Virus record (IMG/VR): IMGVR_UViG_3300043178_000071
Location: 1 to 43,511 of that record
DNA: 43,511 nt
DNA from: a virus
Direction: 5' to 3' (one strand)
This document shows positions 32,162 to 40,899 of the stretch, one piece after another. The position numbers were made by a program, and so were the translations under genes. Numbering within the stretch: the first letter of the stretch is position 1; each line of letters begins with the position of its first letter. The notes below the pieces were generated by a model. It did no database searches and was not told the origin of the DNA. It saw only the letters and a program-made list of their open reading frames with translations.

Positions 32162-33678
32162 GCGTGCAAGACTTCTATGACGGGTTGCCGCCCCCGGCGC
32201 TGGACGATGAAGCGCTCGGGGTGCCCCCGCTCGCCGTGACGCCACCCGTTCCGCCCGCGATGGTGCCCGGGCCGGACGAGACGAAGCGGCGGAAGATCCT
32301 CGCGGCGGCCACGTTGATTGGGGCGGCGCTCGGGGGCCGGCCGACCTACGGCTTCGGCCAGGGGATGCTCGGCCACTTCGCCGAGCAGGACCGCCAGCGC
32401 GACCTCGACCAACAGCAACAGCAGCGACAGTATGAAGTCGCGGCGGACCAGTATCAGGCGGCGGCATCTGAACGACAGCGACAGGTCGCGGCGCGGGGCC
32501 AACTGTATGCGGAGACGCTGACGGAGTTTGCCGCGGCCGCCGCCGCCCGGCCTGATGCCTATGAGGGGCTGTTGCAGGCCTACACCACACGATTGCAGCA
32601 GCTCGGATATCGGGTGGACCCCAATAGCCTCCGGCGGGTCGTGCCGAAAGTGCGGCCGAATGTCGAGGCAAAGGCCAAGGAAGTCTTCTCCGACTGGCTG
32701 AGTGCCAACCGCAAGGCCTACGAAGAAAATCCCGACGGGGCGACCAAGGGTGTGATCCTCTTTGACCGGGACGGGGACGGGATTCCCGAGCGGGTCCCGG
32801 TGTGGCAGGTGGGCGCGCTGGCGGGCCTGATCGGGACGGACGCGGATGGGGCCCCGATCTTTGCGCCGAAGGGCGTGCTCGCCAAAGAGTACAAGGCGGG
32901 CATCGAGGGACGGTTAGAAGCCCTCCAGGCGCAAGCGATTGCCGAGGGGAAGGAACTCACGCCCGCGCTCGTCATGGCCTTGCAGGACGAGGCGGAAGCG
33001 TGGTGGCGCGCACAGTTAGCCAAGCGGCACGCAGCTCAACGCGACCAGCCGGCCCCCGCAGGGACAGGTGCCTCGGGAGAGTCTCCGCTTATTCCGGTGA
33101 TTCTTGACAATCCCGCGCTGTTCGATCGCCTGACCCCCACCATGAAGGAAAGCCTCATTCCTGGGTTGGCCGCGCGAGGATTTGACTTCACGGGTGCGCA
33201 CGAGGCCACGCCCAGCATGCGCGCCGGCATCACACGGTTGACGACATCACTGACGATGTTAGAGGCGTTGGACCGCGACTTGACCCAGCGAACCGGTATT
33301 GCCGGGCGCGTCGCGGGGCGCGGACAAGAATGGTGGGCCGCGTTGACTGGGGAAGACACGCCAGCCACGCTCTACAAGGCGGTCTCAGACAGTCTGCTCC
33401 CGGCGCTCGCACGGTCATCAGGGGAAGTGGGCAATCTGGCTGAGCGTGAACAGACGCGCTATGCGCGCCTGGCCCCTCGCGTCACCGATCCGCTCAATAT
33501 TCGGCAGGCGAAGTATGCGGCCATCCGGTACATCATTGATGCGGCCAACAAAGGCGCGCGCGCGGATGAGCTGGCCTCGTTTCTGGACTATACACAATTC
33601 GTGTCTGAGGCCGTGCCCTCGCGCGCCGAGCCGCGCTCCGGCACCATCGGTCCCTATACCTTCCGTGAGGTCAAGTAG
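32158..33678 (+). CDS. Internal virion / ejection-like protein (506 aa)
   Basis: GTGA overlap at the start. The protein is long and helical, with a Q/R-rich stretch. Confidence 0.45.
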   Translation: MSVQDFYDGLPPPALDDEALGVPPLAVTPPVPPAMVPGPDETKRRKILAAATLIGAALGGRPTYGFGQGMLGHFAEQDRQRDLDQQQQQRQYEVAADQYQAAASERQRQVAARGQLYAETLTEFAAAAAARPDAYEGLLQAYTTRLQQLGYRVDPNSLRRVVPKVRPNVEAKAKEVFSDWLSANRKAYEENPDGATKGVILFDRDGDGIPERVPVWQVGALAGLIGTDADGAPIFAPKGVLAKEYKAGIEGRLEALQAQAIAEGKELTPALVMALQDEAEAWWRAQLAKRHAAQRDQPAPAGTGASGESPLIPVILDNPALFDRLTPTMKESLIPGLAARGFDFTGAHEATPSMRAGITRLTTSLTMLEALDRDLTQRTGIAGRVAGRGQEWWAALTGEDTPATLYKAVSDSLLPALARSSGEVGNLAEREQTRYARLAPRVTDPLNIRQAKYAAIRYIIDAANKGARADELASFLDYTQFVSEAVPSRAEPRSGTIGPYTFREVK

Positions 33679-33680
33679 CC

Positions 33681-35195
33681 GTGCCGGTCTATCGCATCAC
33701 AGACCCCACGACTGGGCGCACGATCGAGATAGAGGGACCCAGTCCGCCCCCGGAACGGGTCGTGCGACAGCTATTCGCGCAACTCTACGCGCAGGACCCA
33801 CCAGAGACCCGCGAACCCCCGCCAGCGACACCGACGGCGCTGCCCGATGCCGGGCTGTCTCCGTTCGGCCAGACGCTCTCCGGGGTGGCCGATATCGTGA
33901 GGGGTGTCGGAAAGGAAGCGTTGCGGCGAGTCACGAATCTGGGCACACTCGCCAGGACGCATGTGCCCGGCGTGGCGGCGCTTGACGAGATCGTCCCGCC
34001 CCTGGAGCTGGCACCGTCGGCCGTGACGCCAGCGAATCGGGGCGAACGGGTCGGCGCCTTCCTCGAACAATTAGGCGAGTTTACGATCCCCGGGCCCGGG
34101 GGTCTCTTGGGGCAGGCCGCGAAAGCCGGTGTAACGGGGGCCCTGCAAGCGGCCACGCCTGAGGCGTCCGGGCGTGATGTGGCCGCGACCGGACTGGTTT
34201 CGGCGGCCATGCCCGCGGTGGCGCGTGGTGTCACGTCCGGTATCCGGGCTGGTGCGCGTGGCCTCGTGCGCGGGTTTCTCAAGCCGTCGCTGGCGAGCAA
34301 GAATATCCGCGAGGCGCGGACCATTGTTGACACCGTGATCCGGGAAGGACTTCCTGTCTCGCCGACCGGTGCGGCCTACAATGAGACAGGGCAGCTCACG
34401 GGTAAAGCGGGCCGGTTGATCACCGCGCTCAAGGCGGAAGCCACTCGGTTACTCGCGCAGCATCCGGCCGGGCGTGTCGATTTGAAGGCCGTGGCGGACG
34501 GGCTCCGAGCGTGGGGCCGTAAAACCTATTACAAGCCGGGCGTGGACCTGTCGGATTATGAGGCCGTGCTGCGCGTGGCCGACCGCATCGATGCGCATCC
34601 GTCGCTCGGCATCCCGCCCGGCATTCGCCCGACGGCCGTGCGCGTGCCGCTCCCGGCGGCCGAAGACGTCAAGCGCGGCCTTCAAGCGTCCGCCCGCGCG
34701 AGCTATGGTGCGCCGAACGCCGCCGCCACCGAAGCGGCCGAGAAGCAGGGTGCATTCCTTGCGCGCACCGCGATTGAAGGCCAAGCAGGCGGAGCGACCG
34801 CGCCCTATGCGCTCGTCAACGCCCGCGAAGCCAAGCTCATCCCGGCCGCGAAGGCGGTCGTTCAGGCCGTCGAGCGGGAGGCGAATCAATACAAGTTCCA
34901 CGGGTGGAAAAATGTCACATCCGGGATGCTCCTCGGCGGCGGGATCGCCGCTGGCCAGAATCCCGAGGACTCCGCTCTCATGGCCCTGGCGTTCCGGGCA
35001 GGCCTGAGCCCAGCACTCATGAGCCGCGTGGCGATCTATGCGGATCGGATTGCGAAGGCGCTCGGGGTTAGCGCCGGGGTGGCAGGCCGACTGGCGGTGC
35101 ATCTGCTCTCGACGGCCCCACCGGACCTCCCCGAGCCGGAGGCGCCGGCGCCGCCCACGGTCACGTTGGGCCCACGACCTCCGGGGGTGCGGTGA
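33681..35195 (+). CDS. Internal virion / ejection-like protein (504 aa)
   Basis: GTG start. The call rests on position. Confidence 0.45.
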   Translation: MPVYRITDPTTGRTIEIEGPSPPPERVVRQLFAQLYAQDPPETREPPPATPTALPDAGLSPFGQTLSGVADIVRGVGKEALRRVTNLGTLARTHVPGVAALDEIVPPLELAPSAVTPANRGERVGAFLEQLGEFTIPGPGGLLGQAAKAGVTGALQAATPEASGRDVAATGLVSAAMPAVARGVTSGIRAGARGLVRGFLKPSLASKNIREARTIVDTVIREGLPVSPTGAAYNETGQLTGKAGRLITALKAEATRLLAQHPAGRVDLKAVADGLRAWGRKTYYKPGVDLSDYEAVLRVADRIDAHPSLGIPPGIRPTAVRVPLPAAEDVKRGLQASARASYGAPNAAATEAAEKQGAFLARTAIEGQAGGATAPYALVNAREAKLIPAAKAVVQAVEREANQYKFHGWKNVTSGMLLGGGIAAGQNPEDSALMALAFRAGLSPALMSRVAIYADRIAKALGVSAGVAGRLAVHLLSTAPPDLPEPEAPAPPTVTLGPRPPGVR

Positions 35196-35302
35196 TGCGG
35201 CGCTGGATCTCAACGGACCCACTTGGGGCGCTCCTGATCCTGCTGACGGCCGGGTGGCTCCTGAACTTGGCGCAAGTGATTGTGGTGCTCAGTGCGCGAT
35301 GA
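35195..35302 (+). CDS. Possible 35-aa single-TM peptide
   Basis: MRRWISTDPLGALLILLTAGWLLNLAQVIVVLSAR. It overlaps its neighbours at both ends. Confidence 0.35.
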   Translation: MRRWISTDPLGALLILLTAGWLLNLAQVIVVLSAR

Positions 35303-35649
35303 CCGCCGACACCGTCTATCTGTGGTTTCAGATCGTCCAGACCGCCGTCATGGGGTTGGTCGGTGTGCTCCTAGTCGCCATGCGAGCGGGGATGTGGAGT
35401 GGGCAGAAACTGACCGACCTCGACGACCTGGCGAAGCGCATCGCCGCCATCGAAGGGCGGCTGGATCGCGCGGGGCAAGCCATGAGTGACCTGGGCGATC
35501 AAATCCAGAAGATTCCGGAGGCCTTGCGCGGGATCTTTGTCGCGAGGGACGGGGCTGAGCTCGCGCGCTTGGCGACCCAGATCGAACATCAGAGTAAGCA
35601 GACCGCGGAATTGTGGCTGCACGTCAACGAACTGAAGCGACGGCCATGA
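35299..35649 (+). CDS. N-terminal TM plus coiled-coil protein (116 aa; holin/spanin-like lysis accessory)
   Basis: The TM segment is VYLWFQIVQTAVMGLVGVLLVA, followed by a helical heptad-like region. It is immediately upstream of the endolysin. Confidence 0.45.
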   Translation: MTADTVYLWFQIVQTAVMGLVGVLLVAMRAGMWSGQKLTDLDDLAKRIAAIEGRLDRAGQAMSDLGDQIQKIPEALRGIFVARDGAELARLATQIEHQSKQTAELWLHVNELKRRP

Positions 35650-35972
35650 GTTTTGTGAAAGTGAAAGGTGGGGTGACGCCGAAGTCGCTGACGATTCTCG
35701 CGGCCGTGGCGAACGTCGCGCAGCGGTGGACGGACCCGGCGGACATCGTGATCACGTCAGGGGAAGACGGGCGACACAAGACGACGAGCAAGCACTACGA
35801 AGGCGCGGCGCTCGATATCCGCAGCCGGACGTTCCCGAGCCCGCAGAGCAAACGGGACTTTTTGGACCATCTGCGGCAACGGCTAGGGGAAGGCTACGAC
35901 CTACTGCTCGAGGATGAGGGCGGGCCGCACGAACATTTCCACGTCGAGTATGACCCGCGGGATGCCGGCTAA
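35646..35972 (+). CDS. Endolysin, LAS-family zinc peptidase (peptidase M15 type)
   Basis: SKHYEGAALD (S-x-H-x-x-G-x-A-x-D) and EHFHVEY (H-x-H) are present. The protein is 108 aa. Confidence 0.7.
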   Translation: MSFVKVKGGVTPKSLTILAAVANVAQRWTDPADIVITSGEDGRHKTTSKHYEGAALDIRSRTFPSPQSKRDFLDHLRQRLGEGYDLLLEDEGGPHEHFHVEYDPRDAG

Positions 35973-37065
35973 CGTCATGGGGCTCCTGTCGATCCTGCGG
36001 CGGCTGCGACGGGCGATGTCGATGCGCCCAAAGCCCATGCCACCGATCGTTGTGCCTCCTGTGGTCCCTGCGCCGCCGCCCGTGCCTGCGCCGCCGGCCT
36101 GGGTGCCGTCACGAACGGCGCGACTCGATATTCAGACGGACTTCTGCTCGCTGCGGGATTCGCGGGACCGCGCCATCTTCACGCCGGCGATCGGCGGCCT
36201 CCCGACGGCCGAACAGGACGAGTGGATCGATCGACTCGTCGGCATCGGGGCGACGCATTGCGCGGTGGCCGTCGAGGCGGGCTATCGGGACCTCTATCCG
36301 CGCCGGGATTTCTACGCGGCAGGCGAGATGGATGTGTTCGCCGCGCTCTGTCGGACGCTGCTCGGTCGCCGGCTGATACCGATCGTGTTCCTGACAAGTG
36401 GCGACCACGGTGACGTGAACCTGCCGCGGATTGCGCCGTTGTGTCAGTGGGCGGTTGATGCGGGGCTCGTGTCGTCATGCGTCTGGGTCTGCGGATTCGA
36501 GGCCGTCAAGGGCGGCTGGACGACGCGGCAATTCGATGCGGCGGCGCTGACCATGCGGCAGATCCTCGGGCCGGATGCGGTCATCGCGTGTCACCTGAGC
36601 CCGACGCGGTTGTCGTTCGTCAGCAACCCGCATGAGGACGATGATCCGTATAGCAGTGACATCAACTGCTGGTTCGAGCGCGGGGGCGCGGAGTTTGACG
36701 TCTTCCTCCTGCAACTGCCGTCGACGGGCCGTGACGACCGGGACGCGTTCGGCCAGCCCGCGTGGATGGAAGTGGCGATTGAAGCGGCGGATCGCTTTCT
36801 GGCGCTCGGGACGCCGATGCTGGCGGCGGATGGTTGGCAGACGCGCGATCACGGCGGGCCGGTGGTGACGCATGGCCCCGTGGCGCAGGGGCCGGACTGG
36901 TTCGCGCGGCCACGGGAGCGGGGACGGCCGGGGCTGTGCCTGTTCGAGACGGTCGCGTATCACGCGATCAATGATCCGGCTGCGATCGACGCCGAGTATG
37001 TGCGGTCGATTGCGACTGGAGCCCACGGGATGGGCTTCCGGTCGTTCGGGAACGGGTTACCATGA
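35962..37065 (+). CDS. Hypothetical 367-aa protein (possibly TIM-barrel hydrolase-like)
   Basis: Start at ATG 35962 or 35977. It has a Pro-rich linker (PPIVVPPVVPAPPPVPAPP) followed by a globular domain. No catalytic motif was recognised. Confidence 0.55.
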   Translation: MPANVMGLLSILRRLRRAMSMRPKPMPPIVVPPVVPAPPPVPAPPAWVPSRTARLDIQTDFCSLRDSRDRAIFTPAIGGLPTAEQDEWIDRLVGIGATHCAVAVEAGYRDLYPRRDFYAAGEMDVFAALCRTLLGRRLIPIVFLTSGDHGDVNLPRIAPLCQWAVDAGLVSSCVWVCGFEAVKGGWTTRQFDAAALTMRQILGPDAVIACHLSPTRLSFVSNPHEDDDPYSSDINCWFERGGAEFDVFLLQLPSTGRDDRDAFGQPAWMEVAIEAADRFLALGTPMLAADGWQTRDHGGPVVTHGPVAQGPDWFARPRERGRPGLCLFETVAYHAINDPAAIDAEYVRSIATGAHGMGFRSFGNGLP

Positions 37066-37961
37066 CGCTCGGCGTGAATGCGGGGTTTCGGCATCTGCTC
37101 GACGCGAGTGCGCTAGCGGCGTTGCAGTACATGCGCGTCTCGGTGATTCGCCGGGGCGCCGACCCGGACATGGCGCCCGACCTTCGGCAGGCCGCTCTCC
37201 GACAGTGTGCGGAGTCTGGGCTCCGGCCGGTGGTGCTCCTCGGGATCGAGCGACACGCCTACACGGCGGCTCAGGCTACGGCCCACGCGGTCACGGTGTG
37301 GCGGGAGTGCCAAGACGCTGGCGTGGCGCTGACGGCGCTAGAGCTCGGCAACGAACCGGATCTTGCCCCGTCGTGGCAGACACGGGCGTCGGATTACGGG
37401 CGCCTGACGCGGGCCGTGGTGGGCGCACTCCGGGACGCCGGCTGTCCCGAGGCGATCATCGTCGGCTCCGTGAGTCAGACGTTGGCGCGGGGCTGGCGCT
37501 ACTGGCAGGCGATGGACTGCCAGGCGTGGACGCGTGCGGACGCGGTCCTGCTTGGTGTCCACCGCTACATCCATCGCCTCGACGCGGGGCTCGCGCCCGC
37601 ACCGCACACGTCTCGCTCGCAGGAGCTTCGACGGTGGATCGCGGAGGGTCTGCCGCTCGCCATCACCGAAACCGGCGTGCATACCGCCGACCAGTCGTGG
37701 GGCGGGCTGTTCGGGCTGCGGTGGCTGTTTGGCACCACACGCCGGTTGACCGATGACCAGGCGGCCCAGGAGCTGGCGCATGATTGGGCCTTCTGGCAGT
37801 CGGTGCCGGAGGTCGTGCTGGTCTGTCACTATCAGCTCAATGATGGCATTCCGCGGGACCGGCCCGTGGAAGGGCAGGATCGCTTCGGGCTGCGAGACGT
37901 CGAGGGACGCATCAAGCCGCAGGGGGACGCGCTGCGGCGCTGGCAGGAGGCACACGCATGA
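37062..37961 (+). CDS. Clan GH-A-like glycoside hydrolase (GH5-like TIM barrel)
   Basis: LELGNEPD (acid/base N-E-P motif) and LAITETG (nucleophile Glu motif) occur at the expected spacing. Confidence 0.55.
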   Translation: MTLGVNAGFRHLLDASALAALQYMRVSVIRRGADPDMAPDLRQAALRQCAESGLRPVVLLGIERHAYTAAQATAHAVTVWRECQDAGVALTALELGNEPDLAPSWQTRASDYGRLTRAVVGALRDAGCPEAIIVGSVSQTLARGWRYWQAMDCQAWTRADAVLLGVHRYIHRLDAGLAPAPHTSRSQELRRWIAEGLPLAITETGVHTADQSWGGLFGLRWLFGTTRRLTDDQAAQELAHDWAFWQSVPEVVLVCHYQLNDGIPRDRPVEGQDRFGLRDVEGRIKPQGDALRRWQEAHA

Positions 37962-38176
37962 CGCGCACCACGCAGGGCTGGTTTTCGGTGCTGGCGGCGG
38001 TCGGGATGACGATGGCACTCATTGGTGCGGAAGTGGCAAACTTGTCGAGCTGGGACCCGGTGACGACGCCGGCGTTCGTCGGCAAGGCGTTTGTCCATCT
38101 CGCGGCGGTCATTGCCGCATTCGTCGGCGGGCAGCTCGTGCCGACGGCGGAACGGTGGCGGGATAAGGAGGGATGA
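37958..38176 (+). CDS. Two-TM holin-like protein (72 aa)
   Basis: The two TM segments are WFSVLAAVGMTMALIGA and FVHLAAVIAAFVGG. The start forms an ATGA overlap. Confidence 0.5.
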   Translation: MTRTTQGWFSVLAAVGMTMALIGAEVANLSSWDPVTTPAFVGKAFVHLAAVIAAFVGGQLVPTAERWRDKEG

Positions 38177-38177
38177 G

Positions 38178-38561
38178 ATGATGCGGACGATTCGCTACCG
38201 ACGCCTGACGGCTACGGTTGGGCTCATCCTGGGCCTGGCGCTGGCCGCCTGTGCCCCGAACATTGCCCCAGACGCGCAGCCCGCGTATCGGCAACTGCAG
38301 GCCGTGCGGATCGTGAATGACGTGTCGTCCGCAGCTATCGCGGCGAACCGGGCCGGCACGCTCTCGGACCCGGACACCGCCCAGGTACTCACGGTCACGT
38401 GGCAGGTGCGCGACTTCATCGAGCGCAATCCGGCCACCACGACGCAGCGGATCATTGCTGCGGTGCAGGAAGGCCGTGACGCCCTGCCGGCGGATGTGCG
38501 GGGGCGAGTGGACCGCTATCTCGCCGCGGGGATCGCGGCGCTTGAGGAGCTCCTCAAATGA
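38178..38561 (+). CDS. Lipoprotein (127 aa; spanin-like or exclusion lipoprotein)
   Basis: The signal peptide carries a lipobox: LILGLALAAC. Confidence 0.55.
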   Translation: MMRTIRYRRLTATVGLILGLALAACAPNIAPDAQPAYRQLQAVRIVNDVSSAAIAANRAGTLSDPDTAQVLTVTWQVRDFIERNPATTTQRIIAAVQEGRDALPADVRGRVDRYLAAGIAALEELLK

Positions 38562-38731
38562 ACGGACTGACCGCGCTCATTGCGTTGATTCTGGAGATCG
38601 TCGAGCGGCACGGGCCGACGCCGATCACCAAAACGGAACTTGAAACCGCCGTGCTCGCGGAAATCACGAGCGGCCGGCACCAGGAGATCGCGTGGTTCGT
38701 GTCCAAGGGACTCGAACCGCCACAGGACTAG
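38558..38731 (+). CDS. Possible 57-aa ORF
   Basis: ATGA overlap at the start. The stop lies 9 nt before the next ATG. Confidence 0.4.
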   Translation: MNGLTALIALILEIVERHGPTPITKTELETAVLAEITSGRHQEIAWFVSKGLEPPQD

Positions 38732-38740
38732 GAGAGCGAC

Positions 38741-39241
38741 ATGGCATTGACGGCACAGCAGCAGACGACGCTCAAGGCGCACATTGACGCCTCAGGCGAT
38801 CTCAACATCTTTCCGAACACGTCGGATGGGGCCTTTGCGATTGCGGCGCTCCTGAATCAGCCGGCCGACCCGGATTTCTGGGTGTGGCGCACGTCGGTGA
38901 CGGAAGCGGAGATCATGCAGAACGGCTTCGACTGGGTCCGTGTGGACAATTTGAGTGTGGGCAAGGCCCGGATCATGGATTGGATGTTTCGATCCACCGG
39001 GACGATCAATCCGTCCCGCGCAAATATCCGCGCTGGTATCATCGAGTGCTGGAAGGGCACGCAGGCGGATCTCGCGGTGCAAGCCGCGATCTTCGGACGC
39101 TGTCAGCGTCTGGCCACACGGTTCGAGAAACTCTTTGCGAGCGGGGCGGGAACGTCCGTGGTCAATGGGGTGGGTCCAGCCACGATGGCCGTGGAAGGCA
39201 GCGTGTCATATCAGGACGTGCAGGACGCAAGGAATAGCTAA
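38741..39241 (+). CDS. Hypothetical late protein (166 aa)
   Basis: GGAGAG lies upstream and codon bias is good. Confidence 0.6.
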   Translation: MALTAQQQTTLKAHIDASGDLNIFPNTSDGAFAIAALLNQPADPDFWVWRTSVTEAEIMQNGFDWVRVDNLSVGKARIMDWMFRSTGTINPSRANIRAGIIECWKGTQADLAVQAAIFGRCQRLATRFEKLFASGAGTSVVNGVGPATMAVEGSVSYQDVQDARNS

Positions 39242-39747
39242 TGGCCACCGGTGATATCAAGCGGGTTTACGCCTCGTCGTCGAATCTCACGGTCACGAAT
39301 CTCGCGGGGCTGTCGAGTTCCGCGACATGGGTCGCAGGCTGGGAGTCAGACGCGATTGACAATACGTCGAACCTCTATCAGGACTACAGCATCGACGCCA
39401 AGATCACCGTCGAATCCTCCGGGCTGAGCGCGGGGGAAATCCGGCTGTATCTCGTCAAGATGCTGGACGATTCGACCTGGCCGGATGTCTTCGACGGCAC
39501 GGAGAGCACGGAGACGGTGACGGACACCGAGATCCGGGACGCGATCTGCCTGCCGGGGGCGATGACGGTCACGGACACGACGGCCAGCCGGGTGTATTAC
39601 CTGACCGTGCCCAGCGTAGCAGCGGTGTTCGGCGGGAACCTGCCGCATAAGTTCGTGGTCTTCATTACGCAGTCCACCGGCACGACGCTGGAGACGAGCG
39701 GGCAGCAGGTGACCGTGAAAGGCAGCTACTTTAATGTCGCCCAGTAG
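39241..39747 (+). CDS. Hypothetical late protein (168 aa, beta-rich, Ser/Thr-rich)
   Basis: The ATG overlaps the upstream stop (TAATG). Confidence 0.6.
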   Translation: MATGDIKRVYASSSNLTVTNLAGLSSSATWVAGWESDAIDNTSNLYQDYSIDAKITVESSGLSAGEIRLYLVKMLDDSTWPDVFDGTESTETVTDTEIRDAICLPGAMTVTDTTASRVYYLTVPSVAAVFGGNLPHKFVVFITQSTGTTLETSGQQVTVKGSYFNVAQ

Positions 39748-39801
39748 CGACGCCACGCCCATGAGCGCGTGGCACGCCGTCGTATCGGCGTGGCAGCGTA
39801 G

Positions 39802-40617
39802 ATGATCATCGCACCAGGATCGGCATGCGGGTGGTCGCGACGCCCGAACGGGCTCGCGCGGCTGAATCGCGAGAGCTGGCAAGCCTCAGGGCTCAAGGTC
39901 TGGTGGACAGGAGCGCCTGGAGCCATCCGGAACATCATCGCCGCCGATCCGGTCACGAACATCTCATCCGCGACGAGTTTTGCGCCAACCATTTACGGAC
40001 AAGGATGGACGCATACCGCCAATGAAGGGCCGGGCCTGACACGGGCGGATTATAGCGACGGCGCGCCGGTGGCCACACTGGATCAGCCATTCACGCTCCG
40101 TGTGGTGCTCTATCCGACCAACCTGAGCATCGGTACAGAATATTTTTGGGGCTTTGGGAATGTTGCGGCCAAGCGCGGCCACAACATCTATTACACTCCG
40201 GATGGCGACACGGGCTGGATGGGTGCATTTGTCACGAGCCCGCCACACGCGTGGTACGACGTGTGTGTGACAGGAACCGGAACCACGCGGCGTAAATACC
40301 TGAATGGCGTACTGATCCAATCTGAGTCCTATACCGCTGACACCAACGCTGTGGACCGCTATGGGTCAGGATATCAGTTTGCCGGGGAAAATTGGGGTTT
40401 CACGGGTCTCAGAGCGATGGCACGATTCATTGAGGCGCGCATCTATGACTACGCGCTGAGTGACACGCAGGTCTGGTCCCTCTACGACCCCCGCACCCGC
40501 TGGGATCTGTATGCAGTCCCGACGCGGCGGGCGTCTGTCTTTCTAGGGGCGGCGGGTGGTGGCCCAACCGGGCTCCTGCGCCCGGCCGTGCGGATGCGGA
40601 TGGGGACCGGACGTTAG
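39802..40617 (+). CDS. LamG / concanavalin-A-like lectin-fold protein (possible receptor-binding protein)
   Basis: FTGLRAMARFIEARIYDYALSDTQVWSLY matches the F-x-G-x-(I/L)-D-E-x-R-I-Y-x-x-A-L-S signature of Laminin_G_3-type domains. Confidence 0.55.
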   Translation: MIIAPGSACGWSRRPNGLARLNRESWQASGLKVWWTGAPGAIRNIIAADPVTNISSATSFAPTIYGQGWTHTANEGPGLTRADYSDGAPVATLDQPFTLRVVLYPTNLSIGTEYFWGFGNVAAKRGHNIYYTPDGDTGWMGAFVTSPPHAWYDVCVTGTGTTRRKYLNGVLIQSESYTADTNAVDRYGSGYQFAGENWGFTGLRAMARFIEARIYDYALSDTQVWSLYDPRTRWDLYAVPTRRASVFLGAAGGGPTGLLRPAVRMRMGTGR

Positions 40618-40794
40618 CGCGCGGTGCCCTTTCCGTTTCGCCGCAGACGCACGGCTGGCCTTGCGTGCGATCCGTCGCCGCTGCGCCGGCGTGAGTTTCG
40701 CCGCTCGCGCCAATCCCCCGGCGCGTCCCATTTCTTGCCGCAGCATCCGCCGTAAGGCGTCCAAGCTCAGCGTGTCTCGGTCCTCAGTGTGCAT
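40543..40794 (-). CDS. Small basic regulator candidate (83 aa) carrying a GG-ARAAKLTP-QRR-IARKA motif
   Basis: It begins MHTEDRDTLSLDALRRMLRQEMGRAGGLARAAKLTPAQRRRIARKASRASAAKRKG. The ATG at 40794 lies ~10 nt below a TATCCT -10. The 3' end overlaps the LamG gene by 75 nt. Confidence 0.5.
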   Translation of the reverse strand: MHTEDRDTLSLDALRRMLRQEMGRAGGLARAAKLTPAQRRRIARKASRASAAKRKGHRALTSGPHPHPHGRAQEPGWATTRRP

Positions 40795-40804
40795 GGTCCG
40801 GGCT

Positions 40805-40833
40805 AGGATACCCGACTGGGGCCCTAGCTGCAA
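40805..40833 (-). promoter_or_regulatory. Leftward promoter candidate: TTGCAG, 17-nt spacer, TATCCT (near-leaderless transcript)
   Basis: The minus strand reads TTGCAG (40833->40828) and TATCCT (40810->40805). Confidence 0.4.
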
Positions 40834-40843
40834 GCCGTTCGAG

Positions 40844-40858
40844 AGGCTTGACAAGCCT
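40844..40858. promoter_or_regulatory. 15-bp palindrome AGGCTTG-a-CAAGCCT overlapping the rightward -35 (operator candidate)
   Basis: Perfect 7+1+7 dyad read directly from the sequence. Confidence 0.5.
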
Positions 40859-40876
40859 AGCGGCAAGGTGTAGTCT
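40848..40876 (+). promoter_or_regulatory. Rightward (early) promoter candidate: TTGACA, 17-nt spacer, TAGTCT
   Basis: A perfect -35 lies at 40848..40853 and a -10 at 40871..40876, 24 nt before the ATG at 40900. Confidence 0.55.
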
Positions 40877-40899
40877 CTGGGTCATGGAGGACCACGGTC

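Noticed and set aside
38690-38760. A T-loop-like sequence (ggactcgaacc, i.e. GGTTCGAGTCC on the minus strand, and ggttcgtgtcc on the plus strand) suggesting a tRNA.
   Set aside because: The flanking bases do not form a 5-bp T-stem on either strand. No acceptor or anticodon arms could be built, and the site lies inside a small coupled ORF.
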